A stretch of 24,783 bases of DNA from IMG/VR virus record IMGVR_UViG_3300047491_000557, positions 1 to 24,783 of that record, one strand, 5' to 3'. Source of the stretch: a virus. Its lineage: Duplodnaviria; Caudoviricetes. Both the position numbers and the translations under genes were made by a program. The notes below the pieces were generated by a model. It saw only the letters and a program-made list of their open reading frames with translations. It had not been told where the DNA came from and ran no database searches. Positions 16,801-21,567 of this stretch are shown piece after piece; the stretch's first letter is position 1; every line of letters begins with the position of its first letter.

Positions 16801-18221
16801 ACTTGTCAAGAGACACCATCCACAATTTAGTGGCGTCAAGAAACGACATAAGTCCGGTTGATATCGCTTTGGGTTTTGTGTCTGCCTTGACAAGAGATAA
16901 GTATTACAAACTGGCACAGACCGAAGGAGCTTACACTAACTTCTATATGGCTAATGACAGACCCTTTCAGCAAGAGACTATTGACGATATGCTTGCAGGG
17001 ACATCTCTTGCTAAACGCTTTTTAAATGCTTTAAGGCATCCTTCAGAAGTTGCTCACGGTATTCTTGAGCCGTTTGAAATGGCGGGTAAAATTGCAGAGT
17101 TCAAAAAACATTTAAAAGATGCGGGGTTTAGCCGTAAAGACATTGGGACGGCAGTGTATCAGGCAAGAGACTTAAACATTGATTTCCGTCGTATGGGGTA
17201 TTGGACTAAAAAATATCAGCTTAACCGTTTGATTAATTTCTTGAATAGCCAAATACAAGGCGTTGATAAAACTATAAGACTGTTTGTAGACCCAAAAACG
17301 AGGTATAAAGCGACCTTCAAATCAATGTTGTATATTACCTTGCCGACGATATTCTTGTGGTGGCTTTGCCGCGATAATGACTATTATAAAAATTTACCCG
17401 CATACAGACGAGATTTCTTTTGGAACATCCCTCTCGGTAACCCCTCTACCACTAAGAACTTCTTGCCTATACCCCGCCCTTTTGAGCTCGGTCTTGTTTT
17501 TGGGGCTTTGCCCGAAAGAATACTGCGAACACTTTTTGAGGAAGACCCTATCTCTTTTAGTGGTTTTGGTGAGACAGTGCAGCAAGCATTAATTCCGGAG
17601 ATAATGCCAACAGCTTTTCAACCTTTATACGAAGATGCTACCGGTAAAGACTGGCGTAACATCCCTATTCTCAATGCCCAAGATAAGATGCTCGGTGCAA
17701 CTAATCCCGAATTGCAGTTTAACAGCTACACTTCGGAAACATCTAAGGCAATATCTAACATTGTTAAAGGGCTGCCTGTCCCTGACCTTCTTAAGTCGCC
17801 AAAACGACTTGACCATTTAATTAAGGGGTATACCGGAACGATGGGTGATGTTGCTCTTAACTCCGTTGACCAAATAACAGGAGCAAAAGAAGGTGTGCCT
17901 GTAATAGGGGGGTTAACACGCAATTTTGTTGTTGACGGGCTAAAAAGCTCACAAATACCTGACAACTATTACAGTTATAAAGAGACACTTGACAGTCAAT
18001 ATAAAGTAGCCCTTGTTACCGGTAAAGCTCCGCAAGGTTATAACAACGATGTCCGTAAATACTTTAATCAAATAAGTGAAGAGTTGACTAAAATTAAGAA
18101 AGCGGCATCCTTTTTAGAAAATACCCCAAACCCGGAGAAAGAGCAAAAGCTAAATAAGCTCAGAGAGACAGAACTTAAACTGATGAAGTCAGCGATTGAG
18201 CTTTACAACAAAAACAGGTAA
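7833..18221 (+). CDS. Giant polyvalent (DarB-like) protein: ejection-type N-terminus, amino-MTase, Strawberry-notch-type SF2 helicase, HExxH metallopeptidase, LPD38-like C-terminus (~3,460 aa)
   Basis: QQFSTP and VLEPSGGIG (nt 11043) plus NPPF (11241) = MTase motifs. GDGTGVGKG (12222), DEAH (12552), SSATGA and QGFGRSHRTGQ (13737) = AAA_34/Helicase_C_4-type helicase. HEVGH (15360) plus EGVAEF = zincin-like peptidase. YKNLPAYRRDFFWNIP...PIPRPFELG (~17380-17490) = LPD38-like. Start ATG 7833 (or GTG 7824). Confidence 0.88.
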   Translation: MPKSWEDIKNERAKKQTYKQEGTTWEDIKRKRAGIQTPAQNAPAQNGDYTSIFKNYKPHPPVDFTPKPIQTAPVPTPEPTPLQRAVADAYINRGQPQIAAIVPTFSNTPPKELPDMLRGEEAPAQKVVDFVNSVGNSILQGAKSASKGIVNAPRAVDKAFSRFVFVPGSDKYDKGFLPFLDDYINYIAEGEKQSEQAANQNAGSVQKFINSGVKGVTEMAPNIVTAIGTGGASAGASLSAEATTIAKALSQLKPMGMFMTQAAGQYAYEAEQEGATPEQALTYGIYGGLSEGVTELLPFGILKKALNVGDDVAKPFVKNGVKGLLDRFGKKGLLWLEETGANVVQEIAVNPLTQLAKKGAYQNDMPIYGDGGVIDPNQVVPSAQGALAMSLVLTALGLPFSMRSNRLATKIVQSTEKPTEQVLKELQQAVQEDIKSVPIGEIQGSETPLNEPEALNETTLVSSAAQKPVEVTPSFNQGPTKTALSATTATYKEGDSVVYDGEIWTVAGQNEDGTYELNQKENGIFKSSAVFKAPAEKIQPNNIENPELNKYGRKGQNAFKSWAKNEYVNIDISNTESTETKLYKNFFETYYNGGLNGLPIPLLQKTASVLDAHFPPFLADVFYVAGKNDATKQREAPTPTKNTPVAKTETGAKNTVGEYDGIYGVEKRKQATGLWFANKQLRSDMFAKYSSEDTSLNPTQKYVANVGRILSGAFDVSPYLVQQPSIKRDNITNETNRDSKIDTKGITGIASSTKVIVVEENNNKSEKTIKEVQADLKKRPILPSGYELLTKPQALYYVKDVFIHKGELLKIVSVSADGQAIYAKGIDKSVSMLYPLMDALEMRKSEVDYSISHFDDELALYNKRFVEQKPTATPNGVQLKAEEITEELLHGTSQTENQSDQDQERNNPSDNNIPKNLKKVKPKNETVDKSNEKADNEDGSDAAPVIKIAGELLTKFIDKGIEFSPAKLYEIADKAFGGTMAQGKYSIKDAYDALELAVNKHIMNNFLKTDDFNSSVEKAKTAVRAFQEMLSKLPTQNKRTVEMEQYQQFSTPPNIAYLAAWVSNINKNDTVLEPSGGIGGLALFAKSWGAEVHLNELSKRRLEIVKNLGFDGYYNLNAEQIDNLLPESIKPSVVIMNPPFSSAATRMGDKNSTANAKRHIEQALARLEPNGRLVAILGQGMEYYSSFKPWWDSLSEKYNVRANIRISGDNYKKYGTSFGIQLVVIDKTGKTTKPIETGVYEDLLQIPKVLESIRNERVNYGKPNTTITSGEAPVKEPGPNRSVSDAGNRGNQLGENKHPNGAEKRPSGSNRPKSRNNDTGETIQVSDNSSRGKAGTGQGQNGNVRGDSERGSVAPISISNAQQSYGELRTEPIAEDIQSEDDVYSNYTPKKLAIKGAKPHLTTLVESAAMAAIDPPDIAYAPHLPNSIITKGDLTIAQLETVVYAGQAHSKTLPNGQTKGFFIGDGTGVGKGREIAGIILDNFNQGRTKAVWISTGQKLFESAKRDWTGLGGNEKDLFNLSDVKVSNGIMLDKGIMYASFGTLQGASKADNKRNRITQILEWLGEDFDGVIVFDEAHKMANAGKNSEAKRGKSKATATALRGIELQNLLPKARVVYSSATGATEVGNLAYASRLGLWGEGTSFADVDTFISKIASGGLAAMELVARDMKALGVYIARNLSYKGVEYDTLTHDITPVQEEIYNTMATAWQTVLQNLNKVLSDTNADKNSNAKKNAKAAFYGAMQRFFNQVITSMSMPSVIKDIQRELDAGHSAVIQIVNTNQAATDRKLSDMDENDSLEDLDLTPSEGLIDFLRNSFPVYEYEETVDDNGNTVSVLATDGDGNPIVSREAVKIRDGLIADIKEMKVPDGPLEMLFDAFGVEMVAEVTGRTRRIISKKQANGETKRAVESRGKSHSLADIKAFQDGKKRILIFSNAGGTGESYHADKNAKNQQKRIHYLLQPGWSAFNATQGFGRSHRTGQVLPPLFRLVTTNITGQKRFVTTIAKRLDSLGALTKGHRGTGGGGIFGQKDNLESEIARDALATFYGWLGRHNSITGIAGKEIFTKMGLYEKFYDKFGIFKPSNEDILRDIPTFLNRILSLEVNIQNATFEQFNYFFERHFSHAVELGQVDVGLENYIASKIDVKDEVVIQTDEQSGAETKYVQLTAYKKTKLIPYGDLTNFKPNFVGLVKDDNGSVKAVYRVANKTLANGDITEAYELLSPVVGVKSNYIQKTLDEKTKTIPKTDWLREWEKETDNAPEYTENTVHMLTGTLLPIWDKLPTSNTRVMRVVSSDGRQYLGRIIPPNEIDITLSKFKTERTKEIYTPSSLFRSVMVKGLEIKLERDRTKLSRKRVSGEYRLEISGDNSWQYQRQIPGIITETIQYERRYFIPTDEATALPIIERLTNYNPVVSVESKQTVSEVDALTTSTDYLTSTSNSPAKLGVATGDNLTGKAKKASEIVKQFETKIMDATGENYIIRNGKKTTQGSIGEFNRREYSVRLRKANDIPTLSHEVGHMFDTLYELSTGRSSEINAELTQLGENTSKPNYNPPRKRREGVAEFVRLYLTDYENAVATSPLFASFFERRLPSSVLIVLNELKSDIWSLTNLDPVSRVKSSISFKSDKKQIKISEKLNPIELFKTLYFGVVDATYPVEDAAGELGGSSARQNVVETLSALRGYEGIAMFDINPHGHEGKYQTTLNGDKVGDTLYEILKPIHTDETTRTDFWAYAVARRSEDYFNRGLEMPDTKETYEETVRIMEVKHPEFKDTFAKLLVYEENNLNLLVEGGIYSADKIAEIREANPNHVSLKRIHDTLNSVAGSGRSLGGSKKVIKSLKGGGQDIVDPEESIINNTFINRSVAMRNALLVKLADLADNAKGKGFIMAKAKTQFNVTKFNLEQLKELIQQQMGGLFDNVNLDVMARIFTPNYLAGPNQIVVYRKGQPVLYDVNPFLYNSISSMTNTQQNLFLEALMLAARIQKAGIIFTPKYLAYNLSRDTIHNLVASRNDISPVDIALGFVSALTRDKYYKLAQTEGAYTNFYMANDRPFQQETIDDMLAGTSLAKRFLNALRHPSEVAHGILEPFEMAGKIAEFKKHLKDAGFSRKDIGTAVYQARDLNIDFRRMGYWTKKYQLNRLINFLNSQIQGVDKTIRLFVDPKTRYKATFKSMLYITLPTIFLWWLCRDNDYYKNLPAYRRDFFWNIPLGNPSTTKNFLPIPRPFELGLVFGALPERILRTLFEEDPISFSGFGETVQQALIPEIMPTAFQPLYEDATGKDWRNIPILNAQDKMLGATNPELQFNSYTSETSKAISNIVKGLPVPDLLKSPKRLDHLIKGYTGTMGDVALNSVDQITGAKEGVPVIGGLTRNFVVDGLKSSQIPDNYYSYKETLDSQYKVALVTGKAPQGYNNDVRKYFNQISEELTKIKKAASFLENTPNPEKEQKLNKLRETELKLMKSAIELYNKNR
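7843..7931 (+). repeat. N-terminal direct repeat, 60-bp period (SWEDIKNERA / TWEDIKRKRA)
   Basis: CTTGGGAAGACATAAAGA at 7843-7860 and 7903-7920, each followed shortly by AAAGAGCA. Confidence 0.85.
10612..10640 (+). promoter_or_regulatory. Candidate internal sigma-A promoter within the giant gene, upstream of the MTase region
   Basis: TTGACA(10612-17)-17 bp-GATAAT(10635-40), with an A-tract-rich upstream region; located in a low-complexity linker. Confidence 0.45.
11596..11952 (+). CDS. Candidate overprinted gene (+1 frame, 118 aa) nested in the MTase-helicase linker
   Basis: GGAG at 11582-85, ATG 11596; helical L/E/K/Q-rich product; boundaries coincide with the G/N/R/S-rich linker of the main frame. 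Confidence 0.4.
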   Translation: MKELITVNQTQLSQAVKLLLKNPDPTGLYLMQAIEETNWAKINIQTELKRDLREAIDLKVETMTPEKQYKFLTTVQEEKQEQDKDKTAMLEETAREGALPQLVSQMLNNLMANLELNQ

Positions 18222-18229
18222 GTGTGATT

Positions 18230-18251
18230 AATGACCGATTTTTGACCGACT
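18230..18251 (+). repeat. Left-arm integrase arm-type sites (2 x 11 bp)
   Basis: AATGACCGATT + TTTGACCGACT, same orientation as the right-arm array. Confidence 0.75.
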
Positions 18252-18295
18252 ACAAGAGACAAAACACCGTGTTAAGAAGTGAAATAAAGCTAAAT

Positions 18296-18341
18296 AAAAA
18301 GACCGCTAAACCCTTGTATTGCGAGGGAATAGCGGTCTTTT
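18296..18341. terminator. Bidirectional intrinsic terminator
   Basis: AAAAGACCGCTA(18297-308)/TAGCGGTCTTTT(18330-341) with inner CCCTTG/CGAGGG stem; T-runs on both strands; between convergent genes. Confidence 0.82.
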
Positions 18342-18371
18342 AGGATTATACAGTTGCATAAGACCCTAATA

Positions 18372-18410
18372 ATTACGAGTGAACCGCTCTACCGACTGAG
18401 CCACATCAGC
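18372..18410 (-). pseudogene. 5' half of tRNA-Thr(CGT) (attP identity block)
   Basis: Minus strand GCTGATG-TG-GCTC-AGTCGGTA-GAGC-G-GTTCA-CT-CGT-AA-T: acceptor 5' strand, D-arm, anticodon 5' strand and loop. The sequence then diverges (TATTAGGG); no T-arm (GTTCRA) or CCA. Confidence 0.88.
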
Positions 18411-18430
18411 AAATACAGTGTTTTGCAGGG

Positions 18431-18485
18431 TTTGACCGACTTTTGACCGACTTTTGACCGACTTTTGACCGACTTTTGACCGACT
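18431..18485 (+). repeat. Right-arm tandem array, 5 perfect copies of TTTGACCGACT
   Basis: Units start at 18431, 18442, 18453, 18464 and 18475; no spacers. Confidence 0.95.
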
Positions 18486-18497
18486 AAGCTTATTTTT

Positions 18498-19562
18498 TTA
18501 ATGCGAAAAATCCAGCTTTTGAGCCTCCTGGATAGACTGCTCGTTTGTTAGATGCGTGTATATATTAAGGGTTGTTCTTATGTCTGAGTGACCAAGCCAT
18601 ATTTGGGCAGTCTTAACTGATATTCCTTTCTCAAAAAGTAATGTGGCGTAGGTATGTCTTAGTTGATGAGGTGTAAAATGTATTGCTTGTTTTGTTTCGC
18701 TATTCATAAATTCTATATAGCTGTCCCACAGGCGTCTAAGTGCTGTTTGGGTGAGCTGTTTGCCCCGTGATGCGGTGAATACATACTCAGTATCACCTTT
18801 GTTGTTCAGCAATACCGTTTTTAGAGGTTCAACAAGAGGTATTTTACGCACGCTGTTTTTTGTTTTTGGTTCTTTATTCTCGGGTTGATTAACAACATAA
18901 GATGCACTTTGTTTAATATGAATAAGATTATTTGCAAAATCTACACAGGTCCATTTTAATGCCGCCGCCTCTCCTATTCTCATTCCTGTATAAAGCAGTG
19001 CAAGAGCAAGGACGCCGCATCTGTGATTATCATAGTTTTCTGTTATGAATTTAATTGCAAACTCATTTACAGGTTGCCTCTCTGACTTATTTGTTTTAGG
19101 GGCAATAATGCCGTCTAAGTTAATGAACATTAGTTCCCTCTTTATTGCCTCTTTAAGAACCTGCAATAGTGTGATTTTAATCTTAACTATTGTTGCGGAC
19201 GATAATCGCTTTTTAAAGGCGATTTCAGAGAGAAAATCTTCTATGTGGAATTGTCGGATATCCTTTAACAGATAGTGTGAGAAATAGGGCGTTATGTGGG
19301 TATTAAGGGCTATTCGGTATCCTTTATGCGTTGAAGGTTGAATGCCTTTTTTATTACTGAGCCAAAAAGATGCGAACTCTTCAAAGGTCTTTGTGCTTCC
19401 AGTAATAGGGACACCCTTGGAACGCCTTGAACGTGCTTCACTTGTAACAACTTGCAGCTCTGCTTTGGTTTTCGCATAAAAGGTTTTTTTTATCGGTTTT
19501 CCGTCTAAACCTCTGCCTATTGTTAGTGTGGATGTGTATCTACCGTCGGAACGTTTTTTCAT
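18498..19562 (-). CDS. int: Tyrosine integrase (354 aa)
   Basis: N-terminal arm-binding domain (KKRSDGRY...KTFYAKTKAE), SAM-like core-binding region, catalytic TGMRIGE, PKTK, HQLRH, LGH, IYTH; RBS AAAGGGG. Confidence 0.96.
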   Translation of the reverse strand: MKKRSDGRYTSTLTIGRGLDGKPIKKTFYAKTKAELQVVTSEARSRRSKGVPITGSTKTFEEFASFWLSNKKGIQPSTHKGYRIALNTHITPYFSHYLLKDIRQFHIEDFLSEIAFKKRLSSATIVKIKITLLQVLKEAIKRELMFINLDGIIAPKTNKSERQPVNEFAIKFITENYDNHRCGVLALALLYTGMRIGEAAALKWTCVDFANNLIHIKQSASYVVNQPENKEPKTKNSVRKIPLVEPLKTVLLNNKGDTEYVFTASRGKQLTQTALRRLWDSYIEFMNSETKQAIHFTPHQLRHTYATLLFEKGISVKTAQIWLGHSDIRTTLNIYTHLTNEQSIQEAQKLDFSH

Positions 19563-19607
19563 TTAAGACCCCTTTCTGTTTCCCTCTTTTGTTCTTCCCA
19601 AATTTAA

Positions 19608-19700
19608 TTAACCCCATCCGGTTGTCTTGCGGACAATAAAAGGGTTACGCCGTTTACCTGATAGCTTATACACTGTGCCATAGCCGTTAGGGTGTTTCAT
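19608..19700 (-). pseudogene. 30-codon N-terminal relic of a second, different integrase
   Basis: MKHPNGYGTVYKLSGKRRNPFIVRKTTGWG* matches the M..PNGYG.VYKLSG.RR.P...R.T.GW start that I recognise from many Clostridia phage integrases; not in the ORF track. Confidence 0.72.
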
Positions 19701-19971
19701 TTTTGCTCTGCATTCTCCTTTCTTTTACCTTTTCCCAAGCGGTGTTTACACTACTTGTGTCTTGCTTTTTGTCGGCTATATCCTTTTCACTTATCCACCG
19801 TAAAGTATATGGGCTAAGTATTTCCGTTTTGCCTGTAATAAGATTGGTCCTTATTTGATATGACTTACTTCCGTCAACTATTTTTTCGTATTTCATATAC
19901 GGTTTAAAAACTATTGTGCCTATTATAAGAATTATAACGGTAAATGAAAAAAACAAATGTAACTTTTTCAC
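19687..19971 (-). CDS. Single-TM membrane-anchored protein in the lysogeny operon (possible superinfection exclusion), ~94 aa
   Basis: GTG 19971 overlaps the ImmA stop (GTGA). KKLHLFFSFTVIILIIGTIVFK anchor followed by a soluble domain; function from position only. Confidence 0.65.
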   Translation of the reverse strand: MKKLHLFFSFTVIILIIGTIVFKPYMKYEKIVDGSKSYQIRTNLITGKTEILSPYTLRWISEKDIADKKQDTSSVNTAWEKVKERRMQSKNETP

Positions 19972-20378
19972 ACTGCCCACCCTTTCTGATAGCACTCAAT
20001 CGCTTTACTGATTAACTGCTCTGAAACCCCAAAATACTCTGCGAGCTCCCACAGCTCTGTGTAGCCACAGGAGACCGCCTCATTTAGCTCATCTTTCGGG
20101 ATGAGCTTTTTTATTGCCCAACGGTCGGCAAGCAGCTCGTGCTTAGCTCTTACATCATATTTACTATGGGCGTTATAAAAACCACCATAAAGGCAATGCC
20201 CTAATTCGTGGGATAACTGTTCTTTTTCCTCAGCTACGGTGCTTATTTGATTTGTGTCTATTGCAATAAAAGCATCTCCGGCTAATGGGGCTGAAATGGC
20301 TTTCAAACCGTTTAAATGAAAATCAAACACGCCAATGCCTTCTGCATCGGCGACTGCATACATTTCTGTCAAGGTCAT
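19968..20378 (-). CDS. ImmA/IrrE-family metallo-endopeptidase (anti-repressor)
   Basis: LSHELGH (HExxH), ELLADRWA and ELAEYFGVSE C-terminal HTH-like motif; coupled to the repressor by ATGA overlap. Confidence 0.92.
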   Translation of the reverse strand: MTLTEMYAVADAEGIGVFDFHLNGLKAISAPLAGDAFIAIDTNQISTVAEEKEQLSHELGHCLYGGFYNAHSKYDVRAKHELLADRWAIKKLIPKDELNEAVSCGYTELWELAEYFGVSEQLISKAIECYQKGWAV

Positions 20379-20923
20379 TTTGTGTCTTGTCCTTTCTTTT
20401 GCGACTTAATATAGTTGACAAAATTAAGGATGTCCCACTTTTGTTCCTCTGAAAACTCCTTTGTGTCACCGCCGCTTGCGGCGAACAGCACATCTCTGAG
20501 TTGGTCGTCAAGGGTGGGTTCTTTTTCCCTGCCTAAAAGGTAGTCTGTGGTTACTCCGAAGTAGTCGGCGATTTTGGTTAAATGTTCTTCACTGGGTTGT
20601 ATAGATTGTTGAACCCACTGGGTATACGAATAATTGTCAATTTTTAAATCAATTAACATTTTGCGATGCTCAATACCTTTTCGTTTGCACAAATCAAAAA
20701 TCCTATGCAAGGCAGTAATTTCATAATCGATTTTCTCACTTCCTAAAAGATAATCAATAGACACACTAAAACGTTCTGAAATTTCTTTAAGTATGTTTAA
20801 GTTTGGACTAACTCCATTTTTCCAATTAGTTACATTGCTTTTACTAATACCAAGACTTACAACTAAATTTGTTACTGATATACCTTCCTTTTCGCAAAGT
20901 TCCTTTAATTTGTTATAAAACAC
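20375..20923 (-). CDS. CI/ImmR-like repressor with two tandem XRE HTH domains (~182 aa)
   Basis: Start moved to GTG 20923 (RBS AAAGGG). Two HTH_3-like units ending ISERFSVSIDYLLG and IADYFGVTTDYLLG, then an ImmR-like tail (FAASGG...SEEQKWDILNFVNYIK). Confidence 0.88.
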   Translation of the reverse strand: MFYNKLKELCEKEGISVTNLVVSLGISKSNVTNWKNGVSPNLNILKEISERFSVSIDYLLGSEKIDYEITALHRIFDLCKRKGIEHRKMLIDLKIDNYSYTQWVQQSIQPSEEHLTKIADYFGVTTDYLLGREKEPTLDDQLRDVLFAASGGDTKEFSEEQKWDILNFVNYIKSQKKGQDTK

Positions 20924-20958
20924 AAAAATCGCCCTTTCTTTTTGTTTATTCCTACAAA

Positions 20959-21006
20959 GTTCTATAAATAGAACAAAATCTATTGACAAGTTCTACTTAT
21001 AGAACT
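20959..21006. promoter_or_regulatory. Two palindromic operators GTTCTA-N4-TAGAAC
   Basis: GTTCTATAAATAGAAC (20959-74) and GTTCTACTTATAGAAC (20990-21005), 31 bp apart; the second fills the spacer of the rightward promoter. Confidence 0.85.
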
Positions 21007-21011
21007 ATACT
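20983..21011 (+). promoter_or_regulatory. Rightward early (lytic) sigma-A promoter
   Basis: TTGACA(20983-88)-17 bp-TATACT(21006-11). Confidence 0.85.
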
Positions 21012-21097
21012 ATAACCAAGCAAACGCAGTGGGTGCAACAAGCCCCTCGTAGTGTGCTTACTGAATAAATAGGTGTATATGTTTGTGTGGTAACTCC

Positions 21098-21126
21098 ATA
21101 ATACACCATTTATTTTCAAAATGCAA
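21098..21126 (-). promoter_or_regulatory. Leftward sigma-A promoter, convergent with the lytic promoter and pointing at the repressor operon
   Basis: Minus strand TTGCAT(21126-21)-17 bp-TATTAT(21103-098); T-rich upstream region. Confidence 0.6.
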
Positions 21127-21159
21127 TAGCCAAGAAAAAAATTTGAAAGGAAGAGAGAA

Positions 21160-21312
21160 ATGCCATTTAAATGTAAGAACTGTGCGTTTTTTGTAGGAGA
21201 GGGGTGCGACTTTAATTTTCAAAGTGCATCCACAGCAAATGGGACAGAACCACAGGACGCAAAGGAAGTTGCTATTTGCCGTGATTATGAGGAGACTGAC
21301 GACAATGGATAA
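21160..21312 (+). CDS. Small 4-Cys acidic protein (50 aa; not in ORF track)
   Basis: RBS GAAAGGAAG; MPFKCKNCAFFVGEGCDFNF...AICRDYEETDDNG*; overlaps the next start. Confidence 0.7.
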   Translation: MPFKCKNCAFFVGEGCDFNFQSASTANGTEPQDAKEVAICRDYEETDDNG

Positions 21313-21550
21313 AACAAAGCTTATTCAATCAATGCATAACATAATGCTCTGTATGAATAACGAGGACGCATATAGCGAATGGGTTAGGACAATGCCTGAT
21401 TGTGCGGATGATGAAGACATAAAGTATATCGCAGAAGATAGTGAATTATACATTGAGACTGTTCAGGAGTTCATTCGCATTTTCAAGGGATATGCTGACG
21501 ACGGACTTTATGTTGAACGGATAAATGTGTGGCAAGAAGGATATAAATAG
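21305..21550 (+). CDS. Small acidic hypothetical protein (81 aa)
   Basis: Start moved to ATG 21305 behind GAGGAG; MDKTKLIQSMHNIML...; 18 D/E versus 8 K/R. Confidence 0.8.
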   Translation: MDKTKLIQSMHNIMLCMNNEDAYSEWVRTMPDCADDEDIKYIAEDSELYIETVQEFIRIFKGYADDGLYVERINVWQEGYK

Positions 21551-21567
21551 CTGAAAGGATGAGCTAA

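Larger units (their letters stand above)
18230..18485. other. attP: left arm repeats, terminator, tRNA-derived core, right arm repeats
   Basis: Non-coding gap between the converging late gene and integrase; the same 11-mer repeats flank a tRNA gene fragment. Confidence 0.85.

Noticed and set aside
244-17965. Minus-strand and short alternate-frame ORFs in the late region (e.g. 12170-12640, 16193-16600, 7746-8123)
   Set aside because: Shadows of long + strand genes with no recognisable motifs; only 11596-11952 was kept as a candidate.
18345-18373. Leftward promoter at TATAAT (18350-18345)
   Set aside because: No -35 at proper spacing, and it points directly into the terminator.
18335-18410. 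Complete phage-encoded tRNA-Thr
   Set aside because: No 3' anticodon strand (TGAAC expected), no T-arm and no acceptor 3' strand follow the anticodon loop.
18431-18485. Tandem repeats as a CRISPR array or replication iterons
   Set aside because: 11-bp units with no spacers and no cas or rep gene adjacent; matching copies across a tRNA core beside int fit arm-type sites.
19563-19601. Stop-codon readthrough extending int (LGRTKEGNRKGS*MKKRSDGRY)
   Set aside because: Superficially like GNGEGS integrase starts, but the spacing is off, TAA is a normal stop throughout this genome, and the segment supplies int's RBS.
20924-20989. Longer 204-aa repressor start
   Set aside because: The extension runs through the operator and promoter; GTG 20923 has an RBS and begins the HTH.
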